Virus record (IMG/VR): IMGVR_UViG_3300030390_000232 | Location: 374-64,373 of that record | Source of the DNA: a virus | Direction: 5' to 3' (one strand) | DNA length: 64,000 nucleotides | Shown here: in pieces, positions 63,723 through 64,000 of the stretch | How positions within the stretch are numbered: the stretch's first letter is position 1 | How the letters are laid out: every line of letters begins with the position of its first letter | Program-made: the position numbers and the translations under genes | Notes under the pieces: model-generated | The model's input: only the letters and a program-made list of their open reading frames with translations | The model's database searches: none | What the model was told of the DNA's origin: nothing

Positions 63723-64000
63723 ATGAACAATCTAAACGTAGCAACATTAGCCCTATTAACTGATACTGCAAAGGCTGAGAAGCGCACAATGTTAGCCATG
63801 ACAAAGGCCATCGACGCGGTGCAAGCAGAGGGCAAGACTAGCCTACACTTCACGAGTCCTAGCAAGCCCGAGTCATTGTGTAGCCAAGAGCAATGGGACG
63901 AACTCAAGGCAGCAGTTCATAAGTCATTCACTAAGGATGAACAACGTATCCTCAACTTCTCTACGGCAGACGCCAAGATGTTGACCGACGAGCAGAAAGA
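63723..64000 (+). CDS. early hypothetical protein, truncated by the window end
   Basis: AAGGA SD; open frame MNNLNVATLALL... to the end; missing from the ORF track. Confidence 0.7.
   Translation, partial: MNNLNVATLALLTDTAKAEKRTMLAMTKAIDAVQAEGKTSLHFTSPSKPESLCSQEQWDELKAAVHKSFTKDEQRILNFSTADAKMLTDEQK

Noticed and set aside
642-63907. Many antisense ORFs in the six-frame track (e.g. 20947-21612, 34820-35146, 38489-39292, 43640-44119)
   Set aside because: They are shadows of long opposite-strand genes, with no SDs or recognisable motifs

Overview
This is a near-complete genome of a tailed dsDNA bacteriophage (Caudoviricetes), probably podovirus-like. It encodes short-tail and ejection proteins, and I see no sheath, tail tube or tape-measure gene. 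Its style resembles aquatic proteobacterial phages, and a CsrA gene points to a gammaproteobacterial-type host (inference). Two converging transcription arms meet at a hairpin near 18.3 kb. The + strand (1-18.2 kb, resuming at 63.7 kb) carries early genes, including a DUF3150-like / MoxR-type AAA+ / metallopeptidase-VWA trio and many small ORFs. It also carries the replication genes: VRR-NUC, family A polymerase (Leu762 type), CsrA, PD-(D/E)XK nuclease, HNH, SNF2 helicase, SSB and primase-helicase. The - strand (63.4 to 18.3 kb) carries terS, terL, portal, GroES, scaffold, major capsid, a cluster of Lys-rich paralogous proteins, adaptor and tail genes, a lysis cassette, a GNAT and four very large putative ejection proteins (3754, 760, 507 and 2082 aa). 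Four observations stand out. (1) A short [FYM]-x-x-G-G-x-[VIL] type motif recurs about 14 times across nine otherwise unrelated late proteins, suggesting a shared packaging or processing signal. (2) A perfect 19-bp palindrome occurs four times, always ahead of early genes. (3) The phage CsrA co-occurs with ACA-N-GGA motifs over early ribosome-binding sites. (4) A 3754-aa repeat-rich virion protein is present. No tRNA, integrase, CRISPR array or reverse transcriptase was recognised. All family calls come from motif recognition by eye; no database search was run.
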